Part shown: in pieces, positions 39,302 to 50,359 of the stretch
Position numbering within the stretch: the first letter of the stretch is position 1
Layout: every line of letters starts with the position of its first letter
Assembly: GCA_965655095.1 (NCBI GenBank)
Contig: OZ296650.1
Span: forward strand, 65,534,001-65,598,000
Source of the DNA: Haplodiscus bocki
Taxonomy: Eukaryota
Direction of reading: 5' to 3'
DNA length: 64,000 nt
Made by a program: the position numbers and the translations under genes
The notes under the pieces: model-generated
The model's database searches: none
What the model was told of the DNA's origin: nothing
What the model saw: the letters and a program-made list of their open reading frames with translations, nothing else

Positions 39302-42300
39302 CTGAAACGAAGTTCATTGAAAATAAAGAAAGGGACAACGTACCAAGTGCCACTTAGATGATAAAAGAACAAATCTTAAATTGATTAATTATGTATATAT
39401 CAAATGCTATTTGCTGGGTTTTGAAATTACGACAATGGTAGGTCTCTTTACTATACTAAATTATTATCTAGAAATCTTTGCACATAGAAATTAAATAATA
39501 ACGGAACTGAATGGAAGCTCAAGTTGATGTATATTCTTTTTTCTGGAGACAAAACAGCTTTTGTTCAAAACATCGAGGCTTGAACGTATCTTGCGATGAG
39601 AATATTAGAGAGAATATTTCGCAAATCACAATATCATAGCGTTGTAACTTTAACCACCAAAATTTTTCACAGAAGCATAGAAAAGTTGAAAATGTTAACA
39701 AAGTTAGCATTTTGTAAACCAGGAAAGAATTTAACAAACCTTTGGTGATGTAGAGGTAAAAGAAGTCACAATATAGAACAGTTTGTACACAGCCAGCCAC
39801 GATGGCGATTAAGTCAAAAAATCCTTCAGTATAGTATCTGTAGACCCAGTTCAGAATGTAGAGACCTCGGTACAATCCCAAAGCGAACAGATAATGCGAC
39901 GTAATCGACTCAGCCTCCCCAGTTTTGCTAATCATGAACAGCTGAGGCAGAATGGCGACAGACTCCAGATAGATCGAGAAAGTCCACAAAATCTAAATTA
40001 GTAAAAGTCAGACATCTTCTTAAAGTTTTCATTTTGCTCAACATTGAGATTCCTGAAACGCCTTCAAGTAAAAGCACAGCAACGATTTTTCATTTCATGA
40101 CTATGGAAATTGATTGTAATTTTTGTTCAACGCCTTAGTACCAAATTTGACGTCTTTGGTACTCGTGTTGACCACACCTTTAGAACGTACCAAGAACCAG
40201 CATATATTGTAAATGAGAAACATACACCAAAAAAACTTGCGAAGGCAAAAACCAGCATTTCTTGAAGGAGTCGACCACCACAACTAAGAATTTTTTCCTG
40301 TTGCCCTTAACATGAAACAATTTTCGGGAAAAGAGTACAACAAAATTTTTTGAAGATTCTCACTCAATGCATTGGCACCAAAAGTATAATCGTAAAAATT
40401 ATTAAAGATTCGGCAATGTGAGACGTAAATTTTTAGGAGTAAACCCGCGATTATACTTAATTTTTTCTCTACAAGTGGTCCCCGTGCATATGTTGAGCGA
40501 TACGCTCGGCGCCGACTTGGGTCGTTCCCCGGTTGTTTAAAGATGGTGCAAGGGCATTGCAATCCGAAATCAAACAGCGCAATGCGATTTCATGCACGAG
40601 CCGAGATACAATGAACTAGGTTTCTAGCGATGAGAAAACGAGGAATTCTAGAAAAGCAAAGGTAATGCAAATTGTAATTTGACTTTGTTTGAACACAGCA
40701 TAGGTGAACTATGAATAATGCTTGAAACTTAACAGATGCTTTCAAAGAATGTACCGACCTCAAGAAGAGAGAAGTCGTGATTGACGAGGACAGCGAGTCC
40801 TGCGACGGGTACAACGAGGAACTCAGGTCGGAAGGTGTCGTGATTACCGTCATATGTTGCTTTGAACTTGAAGTAAATTAGATAGACAGTGGCCGCACTG
40901 GCAAAGATGTAGAAGATCTTCATCGATGTATTGTAGACTGATATGAACGTCGTGAACAAATCCAAATACCTAGTCAGAAACACCATTAGGAACAGCAATT
41001 GACTCTTTCCCGATAAACCTGAAACATTTCAGCTCCATAGTCCACAAATGCTACACTTTTCATTCAAGGTCACAGAAACACAATTCATCTCGATTGCACG
41101 TTCTCAGTCAGAAGTTTGATAACCTTTTGAGTTATTTTCATACTTTGCTTGTCGATTTATACACCAACAAGCATGACAAAATATAAACATAAATGAGGTA
41201 AAACGTTTGAGGACTCTTTGTACTTCGAAATACTTCAAGTAAACGTTTAACAAAATAAGATTGGAGCCACTAAATTGTCATCTTTAATTTTAAGGTACGA
41301 AAACTTTGAAATCACATGCGTATTGTAAGTTAAAAGACACAGCAAAATTGATTTTCTTGTCATCATTTGACTCCTACGTTTTATTTCACAGGAAGAAGGT
41401 ACGTGTGATACATATGCCCTCCTAAGCAGAAATTTAAGAGCATTAATAAACTCCAACCACTAATACCGAAAAACAAGATATTCTTTAATACACGCAATTA
41501 CGAAAAGTTCCAATGCATTTCAAATTATATCATTCAAACTTGTTTTCAACCGATGGTAGCTCTCATTGAAAGTTAAGTACCAAACATAATTTACAAATGG
41601 TTCACGATACCTCTTAAGTGAATAAATTATTTGAGCTCGTCGAAAACACATTTGGAGCATAAAACTTCTAAGGGGAATGTCAAGGACATTTCAAATGAAA
41701 ATGTAACTGCAACTAGATGTCATCATTTCATTTGAAATTTTCAGGATAGAAACACAATAATACAATTAGAAAATACTTTAAATTTAGATGGAAGTTTCCT
41801 TTTTTGAAAGGTGTTTGATAATTGAATTTGTGATGAGTATTTATTCTTCACAGATGACGAAAAAAAAGAATGCATTTCCGCATGGTATGCACAAGTTTTC
41901 TGTTTATAAATGCCTCGAACTCGTTAAACGTTTTTGAAGACGCCAGGTTACCACCGAGGTATTTTCGGCCGCCCAGTTTTGTTGGAAATGCGTTTTAGAA
42001 AACTTCTTGACTGAAGGAAAAGTTACTTTCTTATATTCATTCTACAGCAAATTTGCCAACTTCTGCCAATTTGAAAACCTTTTTTGTTCAACACAAACCC
42101 TAAAATTCGGCGAAAAGGCATTTCCAGAAATATTATCATAATATTATTATTTTCAGCCCATTTTTAGATTTATAATATGGAAAATCATCCACTCAACAAG
42201 GTTCGTTTTTACGCTTACTTGCAACTTGTCCGGGTAGAATGACTGGCGGACGATTCTGAATTTGAATTTTTTAATCACCAAATTATAGCAAATTTGCCGC

Positions 42301-45300
42301 AGAATGGGATGGAATAGTAAGATTTCCTAAAAACATACGAAGTTGGTTTTTCTTTGAAAAAAAAAACAGATTTTTTTTCAAAATCGGTAAAGGTGGCAAA
42401 TATGCTGTAGAATGGTAGAATGAGCACAAAACGACATTATTTCTTGAAAATGTCTTTTCCACCTTGACTGGGACGTTTTTTTTGCAAAAAATCCAAAAAA
42501 CTTTCTAAGGTTGAGAAAATTACAAAGTTTGATGAAATTGTTTCGAGAAACAAAACGCTTCAATCCTTTTAAAAGGCATCTTCAAGAAAATTGGTGGGCG
42601 AAAAACATGCCGGTGGTAACCGTCCATCTTGCTAGCCTCTTAGAATTTTTGCAACCATAGCCGCCACTTTTCAACAGGAAATTTGCTACTCCCAATTAAA
42701 ACTTCATATTTTCAAACATGGGCATTAAGCGCTAAGAATATAGAATAATAAAAATGGAATGGAGCGAATTTAGCTAAAATCGGCAAATTAATATGAAAAA
42801 GCGGAAAATAGGATGCAAACTAAATGGACAAATTGGAAAACAACGATTTGATGAATTACCTGCATATACTGGAAATCAAAGAATATATAGTGCCGTTCAC
42901 TCCACCTGGAGGAAGCGAAGAAAATAAAAAACTTAAAGACGGAGCTTCGCAACACTTGCATCAACAGAAAACTAGAGTACATTAAACATAATACACAAAC
43001 CGAGCGAGTATAACTAATTTTTGAGGGGCCACGCTAGTCCGAGTACCATTTATTGAACAAGTGAACAGAAACTAAAATAAATAAATCAGTAAATTCTTAT
43101 TATTTGAATACACATGGAACAAGTACGAAAAGCTATGGCAGTTATTTTGTTTCATAATTAAAGTAAAATTGCCAAATCTTGAGCGAACACAGCTCAGTTG
43201 GAAGAGCATGGAATTGCAGCGCAAAAGGTCGTACGTTTCAGTATGGGACATACCACTTTTTGTCAAAATACCGGGACTTTTAAGAGTAATCGGATCGAAA
43301 AAAGTGGCAGAAGCCTGTAATATAAAATTTGCTTGTGCAAGTTTAACACGAGTATTAGTGACACGAAGAACGTCTTTTCTAAAGCACCGACCGCGAAACA
43401 TTGACTTTTGTTTACGAAACCCTCAGATAGTTGCAGCGCTTGTTGGAGCCAATTCGGCAAGAAGTTTTCAGGAAAAACACTTCTGGCAAAAGAAGCAATG
43501 AAAAAAATGAAATTGTTCAACTATATGTTCTCCGAAAAGAAACGAAACATTGGCCATCTATAAAACATTGCAAAGCAATTGGGCAGCCTTTATTTGAACT
43601 GTGTTGAAAATAGCATTTGGTGTACAGAATCCGATGAAAACGCGGTTGACGAGAGACTTAGTAGTTGACGAGACGCTTTGGAATTTTACATACTAAACTA
43701 ACACAAACAATTGCGAAACTAACTACATCTGCTATTCCACACATTTTCTAGCCTATTAGAAATCGAATTGGCCAAGGATGGACGCAAACGAACCACAGGT
43801 CGTTGAAATGAACCCGACAAAAAACAGCTTTGACTTTTCAATTGATTTTCCGTAAATGAAGTACAAAATAGGCAATTTCTGGTACCTAACAAAACAATAA
43901 GTTGATTGCACTCAACGTGAATGCAGCATATCTAGTCTGGGAAACAAAATTAGTTTTGTGGATTAACGCTAAATTGGTATTTTCCCGTAAAAAATTCACC
44001 ATTGAAGGGATAATTAAAACAGATCCTCCCGTACTGATTTTCAAAGCATTAGTAGCTGAGAAGCAGAAATAGATGGAAAACAAGCGAAAGTTTCGCAAAA
44101 AATCGAAAAAAAGCTAATTCTTGTTTACTTCCAACGACTGAAAAACCTCAATATTTACCAATTTTGAAACTTTCAACAATATATAACTACACTCAAGCTT
44201 CTGTATCATATTAGCTTGATCTAGTTGCTACAAAGTTGATATGCAGAGGAAAAAGAACAAAACTCCTAAAGAGATGGCGCGCAATATTAGATATTTTTGG
44301 CCAACTTTATAGCATTAGAAACGCCATTTCGGTCACTCAAAAACCTTTAGAAAATAATTTTCCAGAAACCCTCTGTGTTTGTTAATATTTATTCCTCTGT
44401 GGTATTTTTTTAATAAAGAAGCCATAAAGTTGACAGAGGAAGCAAAATTGAAAAATATGGGAAATTAGCTACTTCGGCCAAATTTGATACACAGAAAACA
44501 CCATTTATAACAAAAATTCAGAAACTTTGGAAAAATTGCCAACACTCAATGTTCCGTATCAATTTATTCCAGCAAAGTGGATCAAAAGCTAATCGCAAGT
44601 CGAAGTTGAGAAAAATACAGCAAAATTAAGTTCGCTTTCCACACTAAAATAGCAACGATTTTCGAAAACTTCACGTTGTTAATACTGTCTTAATTTCGGC
44701 CCTACAATGAGCAATAGGTAAAAATTAGGGCGAAAATAATATATCTTTCATTTGTAATTAAGGGCTGGAATTCTAGCTCTATTTCCAAAAACCAAAGAAC
44801 GCAATTTTCGGCACGAAAAAAGTCATTTCATTTCGGATAAACGTTCCAAAAATTTTCGAAAGCAGAAAATATATCTCTCCCAATTGAGACTGGCATTTTT
44901 TTTTCTCAAAACAAAAGATGCTAAAATTGAGAAAAAGGAACTATCGAACGCAAAAAAATGAACAAGATTGGATGCAAACTCGGATGGTCACAGTAACCGA
45001 GCGCACATGACCGTTGTCAATGACCACAAAGCTAAAAGGTACCTGCTGTTCCAGTTAGAAGCGTTCTTCCTATTGCTCATCTTGTGCGAGTTGTGAACGA
45101 TAGAACAAGAAAAAAATTGAAATTAAATAAGAAGAAATTTTTGCAGTTTTATGGCTCAGCCGGCAAGTTAAAAAAACATTTGCGAACTGCGAAAAACAAG
45201 ATAATCTATAGGCCTCAAGATTATCAGCTTAATAACTGAAAAACCATAAATTTGTGTCGAAAAGTTGTTTTAAAGAAATGGCATCATTTTCTACGTACAC

Positions 45301-46141
45301 TAGAGCAAATTTCCAATAATTCGGAGATAAAAATGTCAAACACAAAATCGTGCAACTAAAAAATTTATGTTGAAAAAAAAACACGCAACGAGAAGATGAC
45401 TTTTCTTATATGTTGAAAGATGGGCGGAAAACTTTAGGGAATCAAAGATGGTTATTTGATTTGTGAGGTTTTTTTTCCACACAACAGCCAACACTTATTT
45501 TTGCTTTATTGTCTTTCTTGATGTCTGCGCTTTATAACTCATTCTCAAAACTAGCCATTCTCACTGAGAACATGAATCAAATGAAAAGAATCACAGGAAT
45601 AAAGATACACGTCGAGGACACTAAGGCTACGAAATAAGGAAAGTGAAAGAGAAAGCAAGCCATTTCTTTGTAACTTTACTGAGAAATTTTGCTTGGAAAA
45701 AGCAAAAGTATCAAGCGAATAAAAATGATACACACTCACAAACTTTGCATGGATTAGCAAAGACCTGAATGGTGAACTGAATAAATTTGCAGCCAATTAT
45801 GATCTACTCAAAATTGAACGAAAGCTAATGGAGGCGTTCTCTAGCTACGCAGATTAGTAGAAATGAACAATAATCACACCCACGAGGTTCCAAAAAATAA
45901 GCAGACAGTCTATTCTACTCTCGGAATTTCATTCTTCTCTACTCCCGTTATTTTTCATTTACTACTGGTATCAAGCTTTTGGGATGCAGCGCAGAAAAGT
46001 AAAAGCAGGCTATTGCTGAATGCCAAATAATGCTTTGAAAAGTTACGAACCAGCGCATGATCTGCTTTTCCATATTTTCCATAACAGCAGACAAATGGCC
46101 AACAAATGAGATAAATCACCAGTGAGTCTGAACACGTTCAT
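39267..46141 (-). CDS. KDELR: ER lumen protein-retaining (KDEL) receptor, 212 aa; join(46141-46051, 41018-40759, 39992-39740, 39301-39267)
   Basis: Exons of 91+260+253+35 = 639 nt, all GT-AG with compatible phases. Protein [37 protein letters not shown]...RYLDLF...DTFRPEFL...[10 protein letters not shown]...[22 protein letters not shown] is a typical ERD2/KDELR. Confidence 0.97.
39740..39992 (-). CDS. KDELR: KDELR coding exon 3 ([18 protein letters not shown]...YLYITK)
   Basis: TTTAG acceptor, G|GTTTGT donor, 253 nt; overlaps ORF 39519..39989. Confidence 0.96.
40759..41018 (-). CDS. KDELR: KDELR coding exon 2 (GLSGKSQ...NHDFSLLE)
   Basis: TTTCAG acceptor, GAG|GTCGGT donor, 260 nt; overlaps ORF 40729..40998. 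Confidence 0.96.
41937..42630. mobile_element. Degenerate non-autonomous foldback/MITE-like element in KDELR intron 1
   Basis: GGTTACCACCG (41946-41956) is inverted at 42611-42621. The next 44 nt inward match 30/44 in inverted orientation, with further patchy inverted similarity ~180 nt in (GAAAAGGCATTTCCAGAAATA vs GAAAAGACATTTTCAAGAAATA). No clear TSD and no coding capacity. Confidence 0.6.
46051..46141 (-). CDS. KDELR: KDELR coding exon 1 ([31 protein letters not shown])
   Basis: ATG at 46141-46139, 91 nt, G|GTTCGT donor; absent from the ORF track. Intron 1 is 5032 nt. Confidence 0.96.
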
Positions 46142-46150
46142 GTCTGAGAT

Positions 46151-46162
46151 CTGAAAGAACTA
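46151..46162 (-). promoter_or_regulatory. 3' splice acceptor-like site (GTTCTTTCAG) 9 nt upstream of the KDELR ATG
   Basis: Minus strand reads GTTAGTTCTTTCAG|ATCTCAGAC ATG; same TTTCAG as the exon 2 and exon 4 acceptors. Confidence 0.55.
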
Positions 46163-46444
46163 ACGATTTTGTAACAACCTTTGTCATGTACTGAATAAGG
46201 TTTTATAACTACCATCCATATCACTTTATCATGGTAGATTAGCTCAAAGAAGAGTACAAACGAAAACAATTTTCAAAGCGGTGCAAAAATAAATTTTTCC
46301 AAAAATAATTACCAATTTATATTTGTGAACGGTACAACACCTTGCGAATACAACTCAGTCAGATATTCAAATCAATCAAATACACTTCAGATAAAAACAA
46401 TTCTGGATAAACAAAATACGAATTTAATTAAAATTAAATCACGT

Positions 46445-48373
46445 TCAGGTCCAAACGTCTTCTTTAATTTGTTTTGGATCTTGTCGCATCTTTATAACAA
46501 TGCTTCGAGCTTCAGCGTTTGAAACAGACATGAAATTCTGCACGATATCAATCAGCGCTTCGTTGATATCTTTTGCCATGTTCAGCGCGTCACCGCAAAT
46601 GTACACTTGTGCTTTCTTGTTCATTATGAGATCACCAAATTTCTCATAATCTCTTCGTAGAATGTCTTGCACATACTTTTCAGAAGACTCGGCGTCTCGT
46701 GAAAAACAGACAAGCAACTCAGTCAAAATTCCCGTCTCAACAAATGCGTTCAGCTCCTCTTCAAATAGGAAATCATTCAGTTTGGTACGGCAACCAAAAA
46801 GCAAATACACCGGTCCCAGTTTCTCACTTCCTTCATGACCGAATTCATGTTTCAACTTGCGATGTCTGAGGAAACCCATGAAAGGAGCAACTCCGGTGCC
46901 TGGTCCAATGAGGACCAGTGGTACTGACGGATCTTCAGGCATTCTGAAACTCTTATTACTTCTGAGGAAAAGAGGTATTCTTATAGGCATTAGCTGATCA
47001 TGAAGTTTCCCCAAGTAGTGTTCCATCCATCCAGAAGCCAAACCTTTCCTGTCCCTTCGAGTTTCAGTCCTTCCAATTTCAACAACATTGAAAACGAAGC
47101 TGAAGCAGTTATTGTTCTCTAATGGTGAAGAAGCGAAGGAGTATGGCCTTGGAAGTAAAACAGGAAGGTGCTCGATGATGCGCTCGACAGGTGGATGGCA
47201 ATTTTTGAACATGTTCAGAATATCCAAAAGCGTCAACATTTCTTCGCGTAGTTTATTGTACTTTTCTGTCCCTTGGCGGGAGCTCAAAAGCAATAAGTCA
47301 TTGAATTCAGTTTCATCGTGAGTGTACTGTGACAGAAGTAAGAAGAAAGCTTTTTTGAAAGGAGTCGATGCAAAATCGACACAATAGAGAAAGATATATC
47401 TTAGAGTAGTGATTTCAGGAATGTGATTGAACGAGCTACTTGACTTTGAACTGTTCACCATACACGTTCTTTGCATCGGAATATCCGCAATTTGACTTAC
47501 ATGCAGTCTTTCCATCAACTCACTTACAATTTCGCTATCATTCGGTAAAACTACTGAGAAAGAATCTCCTGGTTGATAGTCAATTTCGCCTTGAATTTGG
47601 ACCAGTAAAGTTTGTTTTTTGGATTCCATGCCAGATATTCTTTTGATGTCTTTCAATGTGTAGAAATACAACGGAGACGCCATTCCAAAATAAGCGTTTT
47701 CGCCTTGAGGCTGACTCGGTAAGCTGAAAAATTTGAAGAGCATTGAAGGTTTGGGCATAATAGGTAACTTGAGAGTACTGGTGTTCTTAAAGTCGCACTT
47801 TTCTGAAGGTCTTAACTCATTACAGCTATATAAGAAGGGACGATCTAACATATAAAACTGTTCTTGTTGTTTTTCTACCACGCCATTGACAGAAGACTCT
47901 TCTGGTTCACTATCAAGAGGAGCAGCTTTCAGAATATTCAAAACCTTGTTTGTGAATTCTTCCACTTGATCTTCAAAACCAACCGCATCGTCTCCACAGA
48001 TAGTTTTGAACAAGTGCTTTGCTCCTTTAGATAGCAGTAGGGATTCAACTGTTTTACCACCTCCACAAAATATACTGTAGTTAGTATCCCCGAGCGCCAG
48101 TAGCCCAAAAGACATTGACGATAAATGATTACTTGACCAATCTGTTTTCCTGAAATCTCGGAAGAACTTTAAACAAGAATCCGGCATATCTCCATCACCA
48201 GTCGTCGCAACGATCAGAAAAGCGTTTTTAACTGTTTCTAAATCATTGACCTGCATCCGGTCAAACGATGTCAATGAGCACTTCAAATTCGATTCTCTAA
48301 CAAGACCATCAATGCCTTCAGCGATTGACTTTGATTGCCCCGTTTGGGATCCATAGATCAACAAGTTACTCAT
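46445..48373 (-). CDS. MTRR: Methionine synthase reductase (diflavin FMN/FAD/NADPH oxidoreductase), 642 aa, single coding exon
   Basis: Flavodoxin motifs YGSQTGQSKSIAE, ATTGDGDMP, LALGDTNY..FCGGGK; FAD-domain YQPGDSF, EHLPVLLPRPYSFASS, RKGLASGW; NADPH-domain GPGTGVAPF, FGCR, FSRD, KYVQD, YICGDALNMAKD, terminal EDVWT. No N-terminal membrane anchor (argues against POR). DDAVG, KKAF, SRQG..Y and FVFNVVE match MTRR better than NDOR1. Confidence 0.93.
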   Translation of the reverse strand: MSNLLIYGSQTGQSKSIAEGIDGLVRESNLKCSLTSFDRMQVNDLETVKNAFLIVATTGDGDMPDSCLKFFRDFRKTDWSSNHLSSMSFGLLALGDTNYSIFCGGGKTVESLLLSKGAKHLFKTICGDDAVGFEDQVEEFTNKVLNILKAAPLDSEPEESSVNGVVEKQQEQFYMLDRPFLYSCNELRPSEKCDFKNTSTLKLPIMPKPSMLFKFFSLPSQPQGENAYFGMASPLYFYTLKDIKRISGMESKKQTLLVQIQGEIDYQPGDSFSVVLPNDSEIVSELMERLHVSQIADIPMQRTCMVNSSKSSSSFNHIPEITTLRYIFLYCVDFASTPFKKAFFLLLSQYTHDETEFNDLLLLSSRQGTEKYNKLREEMLTLLDILNMFKNCHPPVERIIEHLPVLLPRPYSFASSPLENNNCFSFVFNVVEIGRTETRRDRKGLASGWMEHYLGKLHDQLMPIRIPLFLRSNKSFRMPEDPSVPLVLIGPGTGVAPFMGFLRHRKLKHEFGHEGSEKLGPVYLLFGCRTKLNDFLFEEELNAFVETGILTELLVCFSRDAESSEKYVQDILRRDYEKFGDLIMNKKAQVYICGDALNMAKDINEALIDIVQNFMSVSNAEARSIVIKMRQDPKQIKEDVWT

Positions 48374-50359
48374 ACGCCTTAAATAAGTAATGTGACGTAG
48401 CCTTGTGCTACGAGACCCAATTTATACATTTAACCAACGCCAATTAAAAAATAAGCCGGAACGGCCAAGTAGGCGTTACACATAAAGTAGTAAATATCAA
48501 CGGTCCTTTTTTTGAAATTATGACTTTTCAGACAAAAATATGGTTTCATCGCAATTTTTTCTGAAAATTTGGTTTCACGGCGGCGGAAATTAGTAAAAGG
48601 ATTCTTTGTTACAATATTTACAGGCAGAGGAAATCAATATTTCAGAAATCATTGGTATTTTCCTTTGCATAAAAGGTTTGCCATATGCTCGGAGGGTGTG
48701 ACGAAAAAATTTGGGACCGAAGGTCCGAAATTTAGTCATACAAAAGAACGCTATGTTCACGTTTTCTGTACTGTTTGTAATTGTTAGTAGTATACAGCCG
48801 TTCTCGAAAAATACTATTCTTTTTGGAAGTGCGCGAAATCGACTCTTCATTTTCATCAAATACACGGTGGAAAAGAACTAGTCACTGCAATAGATGGGAA
48901 CTCTTCCCATTTTGTAAAGAGCCGACTAACAAGCGGAGAACAGGCCAAAAACGACGTCTCCCGAAAAGTACAAAATATCAATGGGAACTCCTTTATGAAA
49001 CACGTTTCAGAAATTGGACCTCTTCTAAGGGTCTTCAAACTTTTGTGTTTGTATTAACCCAGAAACTAAGGAAGAAAGAAAGACTTTATTTTCCACATAC
49101 GCATCTTAAATGACATATACACTTGAAAGGAGAAATATCCTGCATATGCATATGTAGAGGACCCTCTATAAGGTCTTAACCTTTTCGAGAGAGGACCCGA
49201 AAGCTCCAAAGCTATGTCGAAGCATTTGTTAGTTTAGTTTCTCAGACTTCGAAATATGAGTTCGGCTAGTGTCTCAGGGCAGCTGCTGTTTTTTGCTCCT
49301 CTTACCTTATGCATTAGTTGGTTTTCTGACCATTGAAGTATGTTATCGTTAGATTAATAATTTGCGATGAAGTAATTTAATACTTTTGAACCGCGGTTTT
49401 TTATAGACTGATCTTCTCGCAAGTTCGAAGTACGAAGATGGTAAAAGGCACCGCTACTTACACTCCTCGTTTCATGAACATTAAAGCGTGTCTTATAGAA
49501 GCTGTTAAGAAAACAGGAGCAGTTTTCTCCGCGCACTGATTTAAGACAGAGTTTAAGGAGCTCCATAGCGTACAAGCGTTCGTTCAAGAGAAAGAACCCC
49601 CACTCGAAATTGTCTATAACTGTTTAACTCGTCTATCACCTGAAGAAAATGAACATGTTATTCACAGCATATGGTCATTTCGCAGGTTAGATTGAGATCG
49701 TAAATTTTCAAAATTCAGCAACTAACTAACTTTTCATCCCCAGTCCGTATTAAATCGAACATTCACCAGACATTTTTCCCCCAACTGTGATTTCATTGAA
49801 TCAAATAGTTGACTCTGTGTGTCTTGTGATCGTTGATTTTCAGAAATTTCAGTTCTTCCTACATGCTTGAGGATAAACATCGTCACTTTGAAAAAAATCA
49901 GAGTATTCATGGTACAAGGCCTACTACGAGCGGACCACATGGCGCCATACCTCGGGGACGTCAATGGAACAGTCTGTTTCGAAACCAAGTGAAAATGTTT
50001 ATCTCCGTCAGCCAACTGATAGTGATTTGTATACCGGCCGTGTCGCAAGTCTGACAAGAAGGTATTGTTCTGACGCCCACAAATAAACTGCTACAGTTAT
50101 AACATAATGATAAATACTGCTTCAGATGGATCCTCCTATAGGCAGAAGCCTTTTTATGGAGTACCTAGTTTAACAAGTTTCAAAAAAATCAGATCTGTTA
50201 ACCCTTCAATTCAAACAACAAACTTCGGTTTCTTAAGAGGTTTTGTGAAGCAATTCTACAAGGCTGTGGGACCTTTGAAAGGATCAAATACCAATTTCAT
50301 TGAGATTTTCTTTAGTTTAGTAAATCCTAGCATAAGAGACGTCTTCTGGTATAAGACAT

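Noticed and set aside
39519-39739. C-terminal extension of ORF 39519..39989 ([10 protein letters not shown]...)
   Set aside because: Read-through into intron 3; the conserved C-terminus is encoded by exon 4.
46445-48373. Alternative calls: cytochrome P450 reductase, NDOR1, or bacterial CysJ by horizontal transfer
   Set aside because: No membrane anchor, MTRR-type motifs and hinge, and host-like base composition; lack of introns alone does not indicate HGT.
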